In this document: positions 49,705 to 60,263 of the stretch, piece by piece | How the letters are laid out: each line of letters starts with the position of its first letter | Position numbering within the stretch: the first letter of the stretch is position 1 | NCBI GenBank assembly: GCA_963774265.1 | Contig: CAVZDU010000006.1 | Span: 256,001-320,000 of the forward strand | From: an uncultured Chloroflexia bacterium | Lineage (GTDB): Bacteria > Chloroflexota > Anaerolineae > CG2-30-64-16 | DNA length: 64,000 nucleotides | Direction: 5' to 3' | Position numbers and translations under genes: made by a program | The notes under the pieces: model-generated | Told to the model about the DNA's origin: nothing | The model's database searches: none | Seen by the model: the letters and a program-made list of their open reading frames with translations, nothing else

Positions 49705-51017
49705 CTTGCGTCCATCTCTGAGCGGGCGCCAGCGTACTTACTCTTGGCTCCACCAGGTAGATGCTGGTGCAGTACGCGATGAATTTCTTCAACCCGATGA
49801 TCCCAGGTGTTCTCCCGGGCTACCGCAACCCTAGCCGCAATCGCCTCCGGAGTGTGGTCCTGGAGTGCCAATCGAGTCTGGTGGACAAACTCGTCATGAG
49901 TTACAGCCGTGCGCACCACATGACTGTAGGGTTGCAGCTCCGGCAGGTTAATCGATACAACCGCCCGACCTGCCGCCAGGTACTCGTGCAGCTTCATAGG
50001 ATAAATGGAAAGCACGTGTCCTTCCAGCACATAGGGTATGAGTGCCACGTCAAAGGCCTGGAGGTAGTCCGGAAGTTGCTCAAGCTCTTTGCGACCCAGG
50101 AAGAACACATTAGGCCGAGCCTTTAGCTGTGCCCGCGCCGCTGCATCAGGCAGTTCGTCCGGTCCGACCAGCACGAGCGAGCATTCTGGAAAAGCTTCAC
50201 TCAACCGCAACAGCAGCCCAGTATCAATCTGATATCCCAGCCAACCGGCGAAGCCAATAATCGGCCGCCGCAAGGCGCCGATGTCGCTTGGCAGCGGCCG
50301 GCTAGACGTCAGCGCACGATTGAAAAGATCGAAATCAACGCCGTTTGGTGAAAAATAGGTGTTCGGGTTGACGTCATGGCGCCGTTTCCATTGGGAGCGC
50401 GAGGTGGCAAAGACAACGTCAGCGCGACTTGACAGCTGATTGTCGAACTCACGCAGCATAGTTTTGACGCGCTTGTTTTGCACGAATTCGGGGAACTCGT
50501 CGTAGTTGTAATAGCAAACGATCTTCTCGTTGAACTTGCCGGCCAGGCTGACTTGATATGGCGAGTACAGCCACAGGATTGGCGCCCGAACATCGTAAGC
50601 CTTCATCACGCGGCGCACATGCCGGGTCAGAATGGAGGCATTGATCCTGACCACCCACGGCGTCGTGACCTGCAGCACTGAGCGCGGCAGATGGTGGCGC
50701 ATGATCGGCAGGGTCGAAGGTGACCCAATTGTAATCAGATTCTGGTTGACGGACTCGGTGCGCAGGCGGACGAAATTGGGCAAGTTGCGCCACATCTCGG
50801 CCGAATGCCGCCTATCCGGATTGCGCCCGGGCTCGAAATACAAAACCCGATTCTGCTTGGCGATACGCGACATGACGTGTTGGGAGTCCCGCCATAGAGA
50901 ATGCCAGACTCGGGGCGCAATACATAGGAACGTCTCGCCACGCACTGTCCCTTCCTGCATTTCATTCACTTGCGCAGTTGCCTCTTGAGTTGGCTGCATC
51001 GATATCATTCCTCTCAA
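49701..51017 (-). CDS. Glycosyltransferase (GT4-like, TuaH-type)
   Basis: SPNGVDF, FDVALIPY and PMKLHEYLAAGRAVVS motifs. Confidence 0.85.
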   Translation of the reverse strand: MRGMISMQPTQEATAQVNEMQEGTVRGETFLCIAPRVWHSLWRDSQHVMSRIAKQNRVLYFEPGRNPDRRHSAEMWRNLPNFVRLRTESVNQNLITIGSPSTLPIMRHHLPRSVLQVTTPWVVRINASILTRHVRRVMKAYDVRAPILWLYSPYQVSLAGKFNEKIVCYYNYDEFPEFVQNKRVKTMLREFDNQLSSRADVVFATSRSQWKRRHDVNPNTYFSPNGVDFDLFNRALTSSRPLPSDIGALRRPIIGFAGWLGYQIDTGLLLRLSEAFPECSLVLVGPDELPDAAARAQLKARPNVFFLGRKELEQLPDYLQAFDVALIPYVLEGHVLSIYPMKLHEYLAAGRAVVSINLPELQPYSHVVRTAVTHDEFVHQTRLALQDHTPEAIAARVAVARENTWDHRVEEIHRVLHQHLPGGAKSKYAGARSEMDAS

Positions 51018-51033
51018 CGGTCCCTCTATGTTG

Positions 51034-52551
51034 TTACCGACCGTGAGCTAGAGTTTCCTTTAGAAAGTCCAGGCGCCTGGTCACGCCCTCGGGCAGAACG
51101 AACTTTAGATCCTCGATCGAGATGGTCGCCAGCGCAACATTGAGCACGGCAAAGAGAACGACGATCGCCAGCTTGTAGACCAACCCATCAGGTTTGGTCA
51201 ACCAGAATAACGCTGCGCACAGCCAGAGCAGCAATGTCTGCTTTGCGTAATGAGTCACCGTCAGGCGGATGCCGCTTCGCCGCAGCAACCAAACCGCAAC
51301 AGGATTTGCCACGTATGAAGATGTCAGATGCGCCACAGCCGGCCCAACGAAACCTAAGCGGGGAATCAGCAAAAGATTTAGCACAACAGCTGTTACCACC
51401 CGGACGGTGTTCTGGCCCAGCGAGCGCCCAGGAGCGCCGGCTGCAGTCAAAGCATAGCCAGTCAGCATCACCACAAACGTCATGTGGAAACCCAACATGA
51501 GTAGTGCAAAGGCCACGCTGCTGGATGCGTATTTCTCCGAAAATACCAGCGTTACGATCTCCTTGCTTAACACCACTGCGCCGATGGCGACGAAAGCCCC
51601 AGCAAATGAGCACAAGCGTACCGAGTGGTCAAGCATCCAGGTAGCCTGTCTGCGCTTTCCCTCACCCAGCAAAGAAACCATCGTTGGATAGAACACCGCC
51701 GCGTACGATTGTGTCAGACGGCTGAGGGCGCTAGGGATCGTTGTTGCAACGTTGTAGAGGGCCACTCCGGTGGGTCCAATAAACGCGCCCAACAACAATA
51801 CGTCAACCCGGCTGGATACGAACCAGAGAATACGGTCTAGTTGAAGCGGAAATCCGAAACGCAGTATCTCCCTCAGTAACGAACGCTGCCACAGCAAGCG
51901 CTTTGGAATCGGTAGAACAAGGTACTGGTACGCACTGGATATGGCGAAGGAGATTACCCATGAATAGACCAGACCCATTATCCCCAGCTTGAACACAGCC
52001 AAAAAGATGATCGATAGGAGCAATCGGAATATGCTGCGAACGATCTGGGCGATGGCCATTTGCTGAAAGGTCCGGAAGCCTTGAAGAAGCGCCTGGAACA
52101 GCTCATCCAGGCTGGCGAAAGCCAGCATCACCCCAATGTAGGCAGCGTAGCGCACAAGCTCTGCCGATGGATCCACCAATCGCAGAATGTCACGTGCCAA
52201 CCAGATAATCACAGAGACAACAGCAAGGACCAAGAGGCGGAAAATCAGAGTGCTGTATGCTACTAGCGCCTGCCGGCTATGATCGCCGCCGGAGATATAC
52301 TGGGTCACCGATGTTTTGAATCCAAAATCAACGACCGTCACGAGGAAGTTCACAACTGCGGTCATGAGAACATAGATGCCATAGCTTTCCGTGGAAACTA
52401 ACCGTACAACGATCATCGTCTCCAGGAAGATAGAAATGATATTAACAACGGTGCCGAGACTCGTGAAAAAAACCCCCTGGCGAAAGCCCGATCGATGAGT
52501 CGGCGGCGGCGGCGGTTCTTCCCCGATGGCATCAGTGCTGTGGGGCATCAA
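51034..52551 (-). CDS. wzx: Wzx-type flippase
   Basis: YGIYVL, DFGF, RVDVLLLG...VALYNVA, LLIPRLGFVG; many TM segments. Confidence 0.85.
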   Translation of the reverse strand: MMPHSTDAIGEEPPPPPTHRSGFRQGVFFTSLGTVVNIISIFLETMIVVRLVSTESYGIYVLMTAVVNFLVTVVDFGFKTSVTQYISGGDHSRQALVAYSTLIFRLLVLAVVSVIIWLARDILRLVDPSAELVRYAAYIGVMLAFASLDELFQALLQGFRTFQQMAIAQIVRSIFRLLLSIIFLAVFKLGIMGLVYSWVISFAISSAYQYLVLPIPKRLLWQRSLLREILRFGFPLQLDRILWFVSSRVDVLLLGAFIGPTGVALYNVATTIPSALSRLTQSYAAVFYPTMVSLLGEGKRRQATWMLDHSVRLCSFAGAFVAIGAVVLSKEIVTLVFSEKYASSSVAFALLMLGFHMTFVVMLTGYALTAAGAPGRSLGQNTVRVVTAVVLNLLLIPRLGFVGPAVAHLTSSYVANPVAVWLLRRSGIRLTVTHYAKQTLLLWLCAALFWLTKPDGLVYKLAIVVLFAVLNVALATISIEDLKFVLPEGVTRRLDFLKETLAHGR

Positions 52552-54185
52552 GAGCTCAGTCTCGCGGATGCTTTATGCGACGGCTGGAGCAGACCATTCC
52601 GGCTCTCGGCGCCATGATGGAGGCTTGCGGCTAATCCGGCCATGAGGCCGACGATCGCTGTGCTCTCTTCCTGTACGAAATGCTGGTGAAAAAAGGACCA
52701 TTGCATCAGGCCCACAGAGCCAGCCAATAGCGCCAAGGCGATCGCTCTGAGCTGCCCCTCGGATAGAGTTCTGTAGAGCCGCCCGCTGTTGATCACAAGT
52801 GCCACGCAGAACCAAATGAAACAAGCCAAGCCCGGAAGACCCATCTTGACGGCAATAAACAGGTAGCTATTGTGGAGAAACCGCGTGAAGCGTGAGATCA
52901 CCCCTGCCACCAGACTGCCTTTTGTCATCCACCCGATGGCCTCTCCTTGAAGAGTGGTGATCGCACGATAGGAATTGCCCAGACCAACGCCCATCAACGG
53001 GTGCTCAGACACAGACTGCAACCCCAGCGAAGTCTCGAAAGCACGCCACTCCAAGGAATTACTCGCCAATGCCTCCTTGGGTGCAAGGATGGAAAGGCCT
53101 CGCTGAATAAATGAGGTGGCCAATGCCGAATTGCCTATGCTTCGTCTTAGCTCGGCGCCCAATAGACCGAATAACAAACCGAAGAGCAGCAAAAGCAGCG
53201 GGATGCCTATCGCGAAGTAGCGGATCAGACGAGCTTTGTAACTCAAGAAGATGGCGATCAGGACCAGCCCCACCGCGATGGCAGCCGCAAGCCACAGAGC
53301 CCGGGTATAAGTGAGCAGGAGGCCAACGTTGAGATACACTAGCTGTAGGCCAAGGATGGCGCGCATATGCCGGCCGTGTGGAGCAAGTACCATCAGGCAG
53401 AAAGCCAAGAGCATCACGAAATAGACCAGCACGACCCCTGGCGGCATGATCCGCACCATCCCGAAGCTCCCTGCGCCACCGGTCTGCTCCACCGCGTACA
53501 ACTGCCAATTGCTGGCCGACATTGCGGCCAACAAAGGATGGTTTACCCCAAGGAACTGCTGGAGGATAATGACTCCGGCTATAAGGTCCGCAATGATGAA
53601 CATGCCGATGAGCACGGTTGTTAGTTGGCGTCTGGTTGTGACGGCCCAACCAGTCACAAAAAAAACGCAGTAGTAAGCCAGGGCGCGGAGTTCGTTGAAT
53701 GCCCAGTTCAATTCCACATGCTGATAGGTCAGTGCGTATAAAGTCGAGAAGACGGCAAGACCCAGGAAAACAAGCAGCGGGGTACTAACAGGCAACCATG
53801 GTACTGACAGAGTCTTGCGGATCAGCCCTCGCAGGATCAAGAGTCCTAGCATCCCGATAAAAACCAGATCGCGGAACTCCAACCCACCACCGATCGAAAG
53901 ACGTAAGTCAATGATGTCGGTTGGAACAAGGCTGGACGTCAGGAAGATAATCGCCAGCAGCCCAAACTCAGGCCGGCGCCAGAGCAGCAAAAAAAGGGGT
54001 ATCCCCAAGCTGAGAAAGGCCAGGCCATAAGCAGTCAGTGAGGGGGCGAAATATGCTCCGGCTGCCAAGACCGCCAAGACAAGGACGCAAATCAAGGTCC
54101 TCACGGTGTTGGGTGCGCGGTAAAACGTGGCCGGAAACGGTGTCCCGGCCCCGCTTGATTTGCTTGAGAATTCGGCCTGTTGCAC
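52548..54185 (-). CDS. O-antigen ligase / Wzy polymerase family membrane protein
   Basis: LLTYTRALW, HPLMGVGLG and LHNSYLFIAVKMGLPG (Wzy_C) motifs. Confidence 0.85.
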   Translation of the reverse strand: MQQAEFSSKSSGAGTPFPATFYRAPNTVRTLICVLVLAVLAAGAYFAPSLTAYGLAFLSLGIPLFLLLWRRPEFGLLAIIFLTSSLVPTDIIDLRLSIGGGLEFRDLVFIGMLGLLILRGLIRKTLSVPWLPVSTPLLVFLGLAVFSTLYALTYQHVELNWAFNELRALAYYCVFFVTGWAVTTRRQLTTVLIGMFIIADLIAGVIILQQFLGVNHPLLAAMSASNWQLYAVEQTGGAGSFGMVRIMPPGVVLVYFVMLLAFCLMVLAPHGRHMRAILGLQLVYLNVGLLLTYTRALWLAAAIAVGLVLIAIFLSYKARLIRYFAIGIPLLLLLFGLLFGLLGAELRRSIGNSALATSFIQRGLSILAPKEALASNSLEWRAFETSLGLQSVSEHPLMGVGLGNSYRAITTLQGEAIGWMTKGSLVAGVISRFTRFLHNSYLFIAVKMGLPGLACFIWFCVALVINSGRLYRTLSEGQLRAIALALLAGSVGLMQWSFFHQHFVQEESTAIVGLMAGLAASLHHGAESRNGLLQPSHKASARLSS

Positions 54186-54242
54186 GTCAGTTGCCCTACT
54201 TCACGCTGTCTCTTACTGATCTTCCATCAAGGATGTCATAGG

Positions 54243-55412
54243 CTACCGATTTTGACGGAGTCTCCAGGATGGCATGGAAGGGAGCTCCGCTTGCCCTTCG
54301 GGCGTCAACGCTTCACGCTTTCGAGCCGGCGTAGCAACGCCCGCTGTTTTGAAACCGGAAAGGTACTCCAGCAAAAAAGCCAGCGCCACACCCAGGCCCA
54401 AACTGCCGACCAAAGCGAGCACCGCCAGCATGGGCCAGTTAGCATCAGGCTCAGATGGCGGGTACGCAGGCTTGATGACCTGGATGAAGTTGGCAGCCTG
54501 AATCGCAGTGACCTTTACCTCCGCCTCGCCATATTTGCTGAGGAGATGTTGATAAGTGGCGCGTGCCTGCTCCGCCTTCTGTACCAGGACGTTGTACTGA
54601 GGGGCCAGAGCCGAGAATTGATCCAGCTCTTTCTGGCGCTGGGCAATCAGTTTGTCAACCTCGCCTACAGGATCGATGATCGCAGTGGTGATAGCCGAAG
54701 TAGTGGTGATAGCCGAAGTAGTAGTGATAGCCGAAGTAGTAGTGATAGCCGAAGTAGTAGTGTCTTGGGTCGCCGCTTCCAACAAGCGCTCATCGCGTCT
54801 CAACTGCAGTTGTTGGAGGAGCACTTGCTGCGTGGATAACTGACTTTCGAGTGAGTAGATGCCGTTCTGGTTCCGGAAATCACCCAGGGCCATCTCAGCA
54901 GTGTGGAACTCTTCCTCGGCAACCCGCAGCTGTCCGGCCAAGAGCGCCATCTCCGCCTTAGTCGCCTGAGCACGCAACTCGCCGTAGTAGGCGATAGCGA
55001 CGGGGATGTGAGCGTTGGCAATCTCCGCTGCCAGACTGGGCGTCCGTGCTTTGACAGTAACATCGACGAAATCCGCGTCGGTGACGGACTCGCCCTTCAG
55101 ATCATAGTCAGCATCTTTGCCCTTCAAACCGAGCTGGCTAACGGTACGTGCGAATACCTCCTCACTCTGCAACAACTCAACGAAGTTGTTGATGGCAACG
55201 GTGATCTCGTCGCGCAGGCCGATGGAGCGGTACTCGTCGTATAACGCCACTTCCTCGCGCTGTGGCGTTGATATCTGCAGCCTGAGGGTAGCGGTGTAAA
55301 CTGGTTCAGCGGCGCGCGTGCCCAACCACAGTCCTAGCTCAGTCACCACCACCACGGCCACGATCAGCCAAAACCAGCGCCGCATGGCTCGCAGTATATC
55401 GATCAGTTCCAT
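54243..55412 (-). CDS. Wzz/GumC-like chain-length determinant
   Basis: MELIDIL..RRWFWLI, PVYTAT, long coiled coil, VIKPAYPP and C-terminal TM segment; start ATG 55412. Confidence 0.82.
   Translation of the reverse strand: MELIDILRAMRRWFWLIVAVVVVTELGLWLGTRAAEPVYTATLRLQISTPQREEVALYDEYRSIGLRDEITVAINNFVELLQSEEVFARTVSQLGLKGKDADYDLKGESVTDADFVDVTVKARTPSLAAEIANAHIPVAIAYYGELRAQATKAEMALLAGQLRVAEEEFHTAEMALGDFRNQNGIYSLESQLSTQQVLLQQLQLRRDERLLEAATQDTTTSAITTTSAITTTSAITTTSAITTAIIDPVGEVDKLIAQRQKELDQFSALAPQYNVLVQKAEQARATYQHLLSKYGEAEVKVTAIQAANFIQVIKPAYPPSEPDANWPMLAVLALVGSLGLGVALAFLLEYLSGFKTAGVATPARKREALTPEGQAELPSMPSWRLRQNR
54688..54759. repeat. Four copies of an 18-bp in-frame tandem repeat (TTTSAI) inside the Wzz-like gene
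   Basis: GTGATAGCCGAAGTAGT[AG] x4. Confidence 0.95.
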
Positions 55413-55449
55413 ATTCTGTCTCTCCTTCGGCAGACCACTTCGGTTCAAA

Positions 55450-56549
55450 CTAGCCGAGAAGGCTCATTCGTCCATGGATGAAGCTGATTTGCTCATCGTT
55501 CAATTCCGGATACATAGGCAGCGAAAGGATTTCCTCGACAATACGCTCGGTTACGGGCAGATCGCCGGCCTGGTAGCCGAGGTACGCCATCGCTTTCTGC
55601 AGGTGCACGGGCACGGGGTAGTGGATGCCGCTTCCAATCCCATGTTCTTTCAGATACGCCTGAATCCGGTCGCGGTCAGACACCCGGATCACATACAGAT
55701 GATACACATGCCGGTTGCCGGAGCGCTCCACCGGGGTGGTCACCGGGAGGCCGTTCAGTAGCTCATTGTAGCGCGCCGCGTGCGAACGCCGCGCCTCGTT
55801 CCACGCCTCCAGGTGCGGCAGCTTGGCGCGCAGCACCACCGCCTGCAGCTCGTCGAGGCGCGCGTTCCAGCCGATCAGGTCGTGGTAGTAACGGCGCTCG
55901 GAACCGTGGTCCCGGATCATGCGGACCTTGTGCGCCAGATCGTCGTCGTTCGTCGTGATGAAACCGCCCTCACCGTAAGCTCCCAGGTTCTTGGAGAAGT
56001 AGAAGCTGAAGGCCGCGGCATCGCCCAGGCCGCCCGCGCGCCGGCCCTTGTACTCGGCGCCGTGCGCCTGACAGGCGTCCTCGATCACTTTCAGGCCGTG
56101 ACGGCCCGCCAATTCCATCAGGGGATCCATGTCAACGGTCTGACCGTAGAGGTGCACCGGCATGATGGCCTTCGTATGAGGGGTGATTCTCGCCTCGATC
56201 TGCTGGACGTCCATCAGATAGGTGTCGGGATCGATATCCACGAAGACCGGGCGCGCGCCGGCCAGGATGATGGCCTCGGCCGTGGCGATGAAAGTGTGCG
56301 AGACGGTGATCACCTCGTCACCTGCCCCAATGCCCATCGCGCGAAGAATGACTGTGTAGCGCTGTGGTGCCGTCACTCACGCCGATTCCGTGCTTCACGC
56401 CGCAGAACTGCGCGAACTCTTTCTCGAAAGCCTGGACGTTGTCGACCCAGAAAGAGGTGCATGCCCTCCAGCGCCTGCTCCATGCCGGCAATGATCTCAT
56501 CTTTGAGTGGTTGGTATTGGGCGCCCAGGTCGACCAATGGGATGTTCAT
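55450..56549 (-). pseudogene. DegT-family aminotransferase (WbpE-like) with frameshifts near 56445 and 56365 (possibly assembly errors)
   Basis: MNIPLVDLGAQY..., then NVQAFEKEFA..SDGTTALH, then EDACQAHGA and SFYFSKNLGAYGEGG in successive frames. Confidence 0.8.
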
Positions 56550-57049
56550 CCTGCCTCTCCTTTGGGTTCGTCAATCCAGCGAATGATGCGTGCGGGATTT
56601 CCCGCGACAATCGTGCGCGCTGGCACGTCGTGCGTGACAACAGCGCCGGCGCCGACAATCGCCCCTTCACCAATGGTCACGCCGCACAGGATCGTGGCAT
56701 TGCTGCCGATCGACGCGCCATGCTTGACCAGGGTCGGCACCACCTGCCAATCTGCCTCGGTTTGCAGCACACCGCTGTCAGTCGCTGCGCGTGGGTATCG
56801 ATCGTTGATGAACATCACGCCGTGGCCGATAAATACCTCGTCCTCGATGGTGACCCCTTCGCAGATGAAGGTGTGGCTCGATATTTTGACTCGCCGACCG
56901 ATCCTGGCTCCCTTCTGGATCTCCACGAACGTGCCGATCTTGCTCTCGTCGCCCACTTCGCAGCCATAGAGGTTGACGAAGGCATACACCTTAACGTCGC
57001 GCCCAAGCTTGACGTCGGACGCTATGCGGATGGTTGGGTTCTCGCTCAC
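56546..57049 (-). CDS. Hexapeptide-repeat N-acetyltransferase (WbpD-like)
   Basis: IGTFVEIQKGARIG, MFINDRYPR and VAGNPAR motifs. Confidence 0.9.
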   Translation of the reverse strand: MSENPTIRIASDVKLGRDVKVYAFVNLYGCEVGDESKIGTFVEIQKGARIGRRVKISSHTFICEGVTIEDEVFIGHGVMFINDRYPRAATDSGVLQTEADWQVVPTLVKHGASIGSNATILCGVTIGEGAIVGAGAVVTHDVPARTIVAGNPARIIRWIDEPKGEAG

Positions 57050-58060
57050 AGGTCGATGTTCTCCCGGCCGCCGTTATTCAACAGCGACTTTTGGGCCGCT
57101 TCGAGAATGCGCACCACCTTCGTGCCCATCCAGGCATCGCTGCAGGCCGGACGGCCGGTCTCGATATAATCTACGAATGCCTGGCATTCGAGTCGAAGCG
57201 GCTCTTGCCAGGGCACCGGCACGGAGGTCTCGGCCCCATGGCGATACGACATGTGGAATTGCTCCGGCGTATCCGAGTAGGGCGGGACTTCCACCCCGTT
57301 GTCGAAGAGCCGCACCTTATCGTTCGCGATGTCATCATAGACCAGCATCTTGCGACTGCCGACGACCGTGATGCTGCGCTGCTTCACGGGGTCGAGCCAC
57401 GACACCCGTACGTTGGCGAGGATATGGGAAGGGAAATAGAAGGTTAGATAGGCCACCTCGTGAAGAACCTTGCGGCGTTGAATGTACGCCTGCCCGCTCG
57501 CACTGACCTGGAAGGGATCGGTCCCCAGGATGTGCAAGCAGGATCGACACATCGTGCGGGGCCAGGTCCCACATGACGTTGACGTCGGGTTGCAGCAGGC
57601 CCAGGTTGGCGCGGGTGGCGTTGATGTTGTAGATTTGGCCGAGTTCTCCATCGCGGATCAGGTCACGCACGACATTGACGGCCGGGTTATACTGGAAGGT
57701 ATGACCGACCATTGCAGCCAGGTGCAGACGGTCGGCCGTCTCGGCGATGTCCATCGCCTCGGACATGGACGCCGCCAGCGGTTTCTCGACCATCACGTGC
57801 TTGCCTGCGCGCAGAGCGGCCATAGCGAGTGGGTGATGAGTGGATACGGGAGTGGCTATGACAACTGCATCCACACCCGACGCCAGCAACTCCCGGTAGT
57901 CCCGCGTTGCCTGGGTCCCGGCGTAGAGGCTTGTCACGTGATCTAGCCGCGACTGGTCCAGGTCGCAGACCCAGGAGAGATGCGTGCTCGGCAATTCATA
58001 GAAGTTGCGGGCCAACTTGGGGCCCCAATAGCCGAGGCCCACCACACCCACTGTTATCAT
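57046..58060 (-). pseudogene. Gfo/Idh/MocA oxidoreductase (WbpB-like sugar 3-dehydrogenase) with a frameshift near 57537 (possibly an assembly error)
   Basis: GLGYWG, VEKP and DLAPHDVS in one frame; VSWLDPVKQR and EPLRLEC in the next. Confidence 0.8.
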
Positions 58061-58115
58061 GTTCCGAATCTCCTTTCCAAGGGGCTGCGCCGGGTCCCGC
58101 AGCCAGGATCCCCTG

Positions 58116-58871
58116 TCACCCGGCTCCGTCGCCCACGGCATCCTTGGCGACCGCCAGGGGAGTCAGTAGCAGAATCTGCAGGTCCAACCCGAATGACATG
58201 TGTTCGATATAGTATAAATCTATCCGCACCATTTCATCGAATGGGACCCGGTTTCTTGCTTTGACCTGCCAGAGACCGGTGATTCCCGGGATGGCTGACA
58301 GCCGGCCTTTGTGCCAGTCCTCGTAGAGCTCGACCTCGTACGAGAGAGCAGGCCGGGGCCCGACCAGGCTCATGTCTCCCTTGAGAACGTTGATCAACTG
58401 CGGTAGTTCGTCCAAGCTCGTCTTACGCAGGATGCGCCCTACTTCAGTGATGCGGCGGTCGCCCTGCATCTTCAAGCTGTCATAGGATGCGCTCGGTACG
58501 GTCTTGTTCCGGATGACTTCAGCCATATACTCGCGATGGCGATCGGGGTCAGCGTCGGAGTGCATCGAACGAAACTTGTACATCTTGAACAGCCGCGGGG
58601 TTCCCGTTCGGGCATCATAACCAACCCGCTCCTGTGCGAACAGCGCCGACCCTGGTGAATAGGCTCTGATAAGCACCGCGATCAACGCGAGTAACGGTGC
58701 GAGCACCACCAGTGATGTAAGGGCTACGATCATGTCGATACCCCGCTTCACGACCGGGTAAAGCCGGCGGCCGCGGGTCAGGGTTCCAGATGGTGCATAA
58801 CTTTGGGAAGTCGAGATAAAGCCCTTCGGATCAACACCCATCGACAATTGGATCGCCTCCTTCATCGTCAC
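58116..58871 (-). CDS. Phosphoglycosyl transferase (Bac_transf), first gene of the main glycan operon
   Basis: KRGID, KFRSM and [24 protein letters not shown] motifs. Confidence 0.93.
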   Translation of the reverse strand: MTMKEAIQLSMGVDPKGFISTSQSYAPSGTLTRGRRLYPVVKRGIDMIVALTSLVVLAPLLALIAVLIRAYSPGSALFAQERVGYDARTGTPRLFKMYKFRSMHSDADPDRHREYMAEVIRNKTVPSASYDSLKMQGDRRITEVGRILRKTSLDELPQLINVLKGDMSLVGPRPALSYEVELYEDWHKGRLSAIPGITGLWQVKARNRVPFDEMVRIDLYYIEHMSFGLDLQILLLTPLAVAKDAVGDGAG

Positions 58872-59082
58872 ACATCGTCACAACCTTTTTCAGGGACACA
58901 GCAGGCCTACCCGTCCGCTCTGAGCCCGATCTCTAGCCGGGCTTCCAAGCATGCTCCGAGGTCGGTCGCCGCGCTCCGCCCGGCGGCCGATCTACCCCGG
59001 CGCATGTTATACACTGGCGATGCGCTGGAGCCAAAGCTACAACAAACGCACCGATTTGCCACGATCCGACGGCGAGACGTAA

Positions 59083-59445
59083 CTATCGCCCCTCTACGCC
59101 GGCGTGTTTGTGCTGTCCGTCCTCTGCCAAAAGGACCTGCAAAAGATCGTCCACGGTCGCAAGGCGAGCGGCCTCGCCAGAGAGCAGGTACATTTGTTGG
59201 GTTGCCAGATCGAAGCCAACCAGCTTCAGATCAAGGTGGGTCAGCAACTCGAGGACGGGCCGATCCGGCAGGTCCATCGCCATGTCAAAAATCACTGCAT
59301 CCGGCGCCAAGACAGGCACATTGTTGAGGTAATCGACCGGGGGACACTCGAAACGCAATAGTTCTAATCCCGGGACGGCTGCAAGTGCAGCAGCGACGCT
59401 GTCGATCGCGATCGACGTTCCCAACAGAGCGATCCTTCGATTCAT
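59083..59445 (-). CDS. Small receiver-domain-like hypothetical protein
   Basis: AAGGGGG RBS; PDAVIFD segment resembles the REC beta3 strand; other REC residues not evident. Confidence 0.5.
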   Translation of the reverse strand: MNRRIALLGTSIAIDSVAAALAAVPGLELLRFECPPVDYLNNVPVLAPDAVIFDMAMDLPDRPVLELLTHLDLKLVGFDLATQQMYLLSGEAARLATVDDLLQVLLAEDGQHKHAGVEGR

Positions 59446-59615
59446 CGTGACCCCCTTCGGAGAACAAGCGCATTTTCACTCATCTAAGCATACCCTATTC
59501 AGCGCGGGTGTCACTGTCCGCAGGCGCGGCACAAGGACAGTGGCCGGGGGCGAAAAAGTGCAGTCAGCAGGGGACAAAAGTACAGTCTGAGGAGACACCG
59601 AGCCACCCACCGCGC

Positions 59616-60263
59616 TCAGCTCCGGCGGTCGAGTCCACGAGCGCGGGCATACGCCACAGCCTCGCTGCGATTCTTGAGATGCAAGTCGGCAAGGATTTCG
59701 CCCATATGGTATTTCACGGTCCGCTCGGCCAGGCCCAATTGGATGCCGACCTCTTTGTAGGTAAGACCGTGACAGATCAGCGTCAAAATCTGTATCTGCC
59801 TGGGAGAGAGGTGGCCGTCTCCTTCGCCTTCGGGATTGGACCACTCGACGAGGCGCGAAAACTCGCCCATCACCCGCCTGACCAAACCAGGCGCCAAGGC
59901 CACCTCGCCACGGCCAAGCTCTGCCAGCGAAGAAAAGAAAGTTTCAGTATTTTGCGTTTTGACCAGGTAGCCGGAAGCCCCAACGCGGATCGCCTCGAAC
60001 AGATCCTCGTCGTCGGCCGATGCGGTGAGTATCACAACTCGAACCTCGGGAAATTCGGCCTTCACGAGGCGCGTTCCGTCCAGGCCGTTGCAGTTAGGCA
60101 TCTGGATGTCCATCAGCACCAAGTCCGGGTGCAATGCACGGACCTGCGCCAATGCCTCGAATCCATCACGCGCCGTGCCTACAACCTCAAGCCCGCGGCC
60201 GGTCAAGAGGTTGCGAAGACCCTCCAAAAACAGGGGATGGTCATCCACGAGAAGCAGTCGCAT
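59616..60263 (-). CDS. NarL/LuxR-family response regulator
   Basis: LVDDHPLF, DLVLMDIQMP and LSPRQ..L.LICHGLTYKEVG HTH. Confidence 0.95.
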   Translation of the reverse strand: MRLLLVDDHPLFLEGLRNLLTGRGLEVVGTARDGFEALAQVRALHPDLVLMDIQMPNCNGLDGTRLVKAEFPEVRVVILTASADDEDLFEAIRVGASGYLVKTQNTETFFSSLAELGRGEVALAPGLVRRVMGEFSRLVEWSNPEGEGDGHLSPRQIQILTLICHGLTYKEVGIQLGLAERTVKYHMGEILADLHLKNRSEAVAYARARGLDRRS

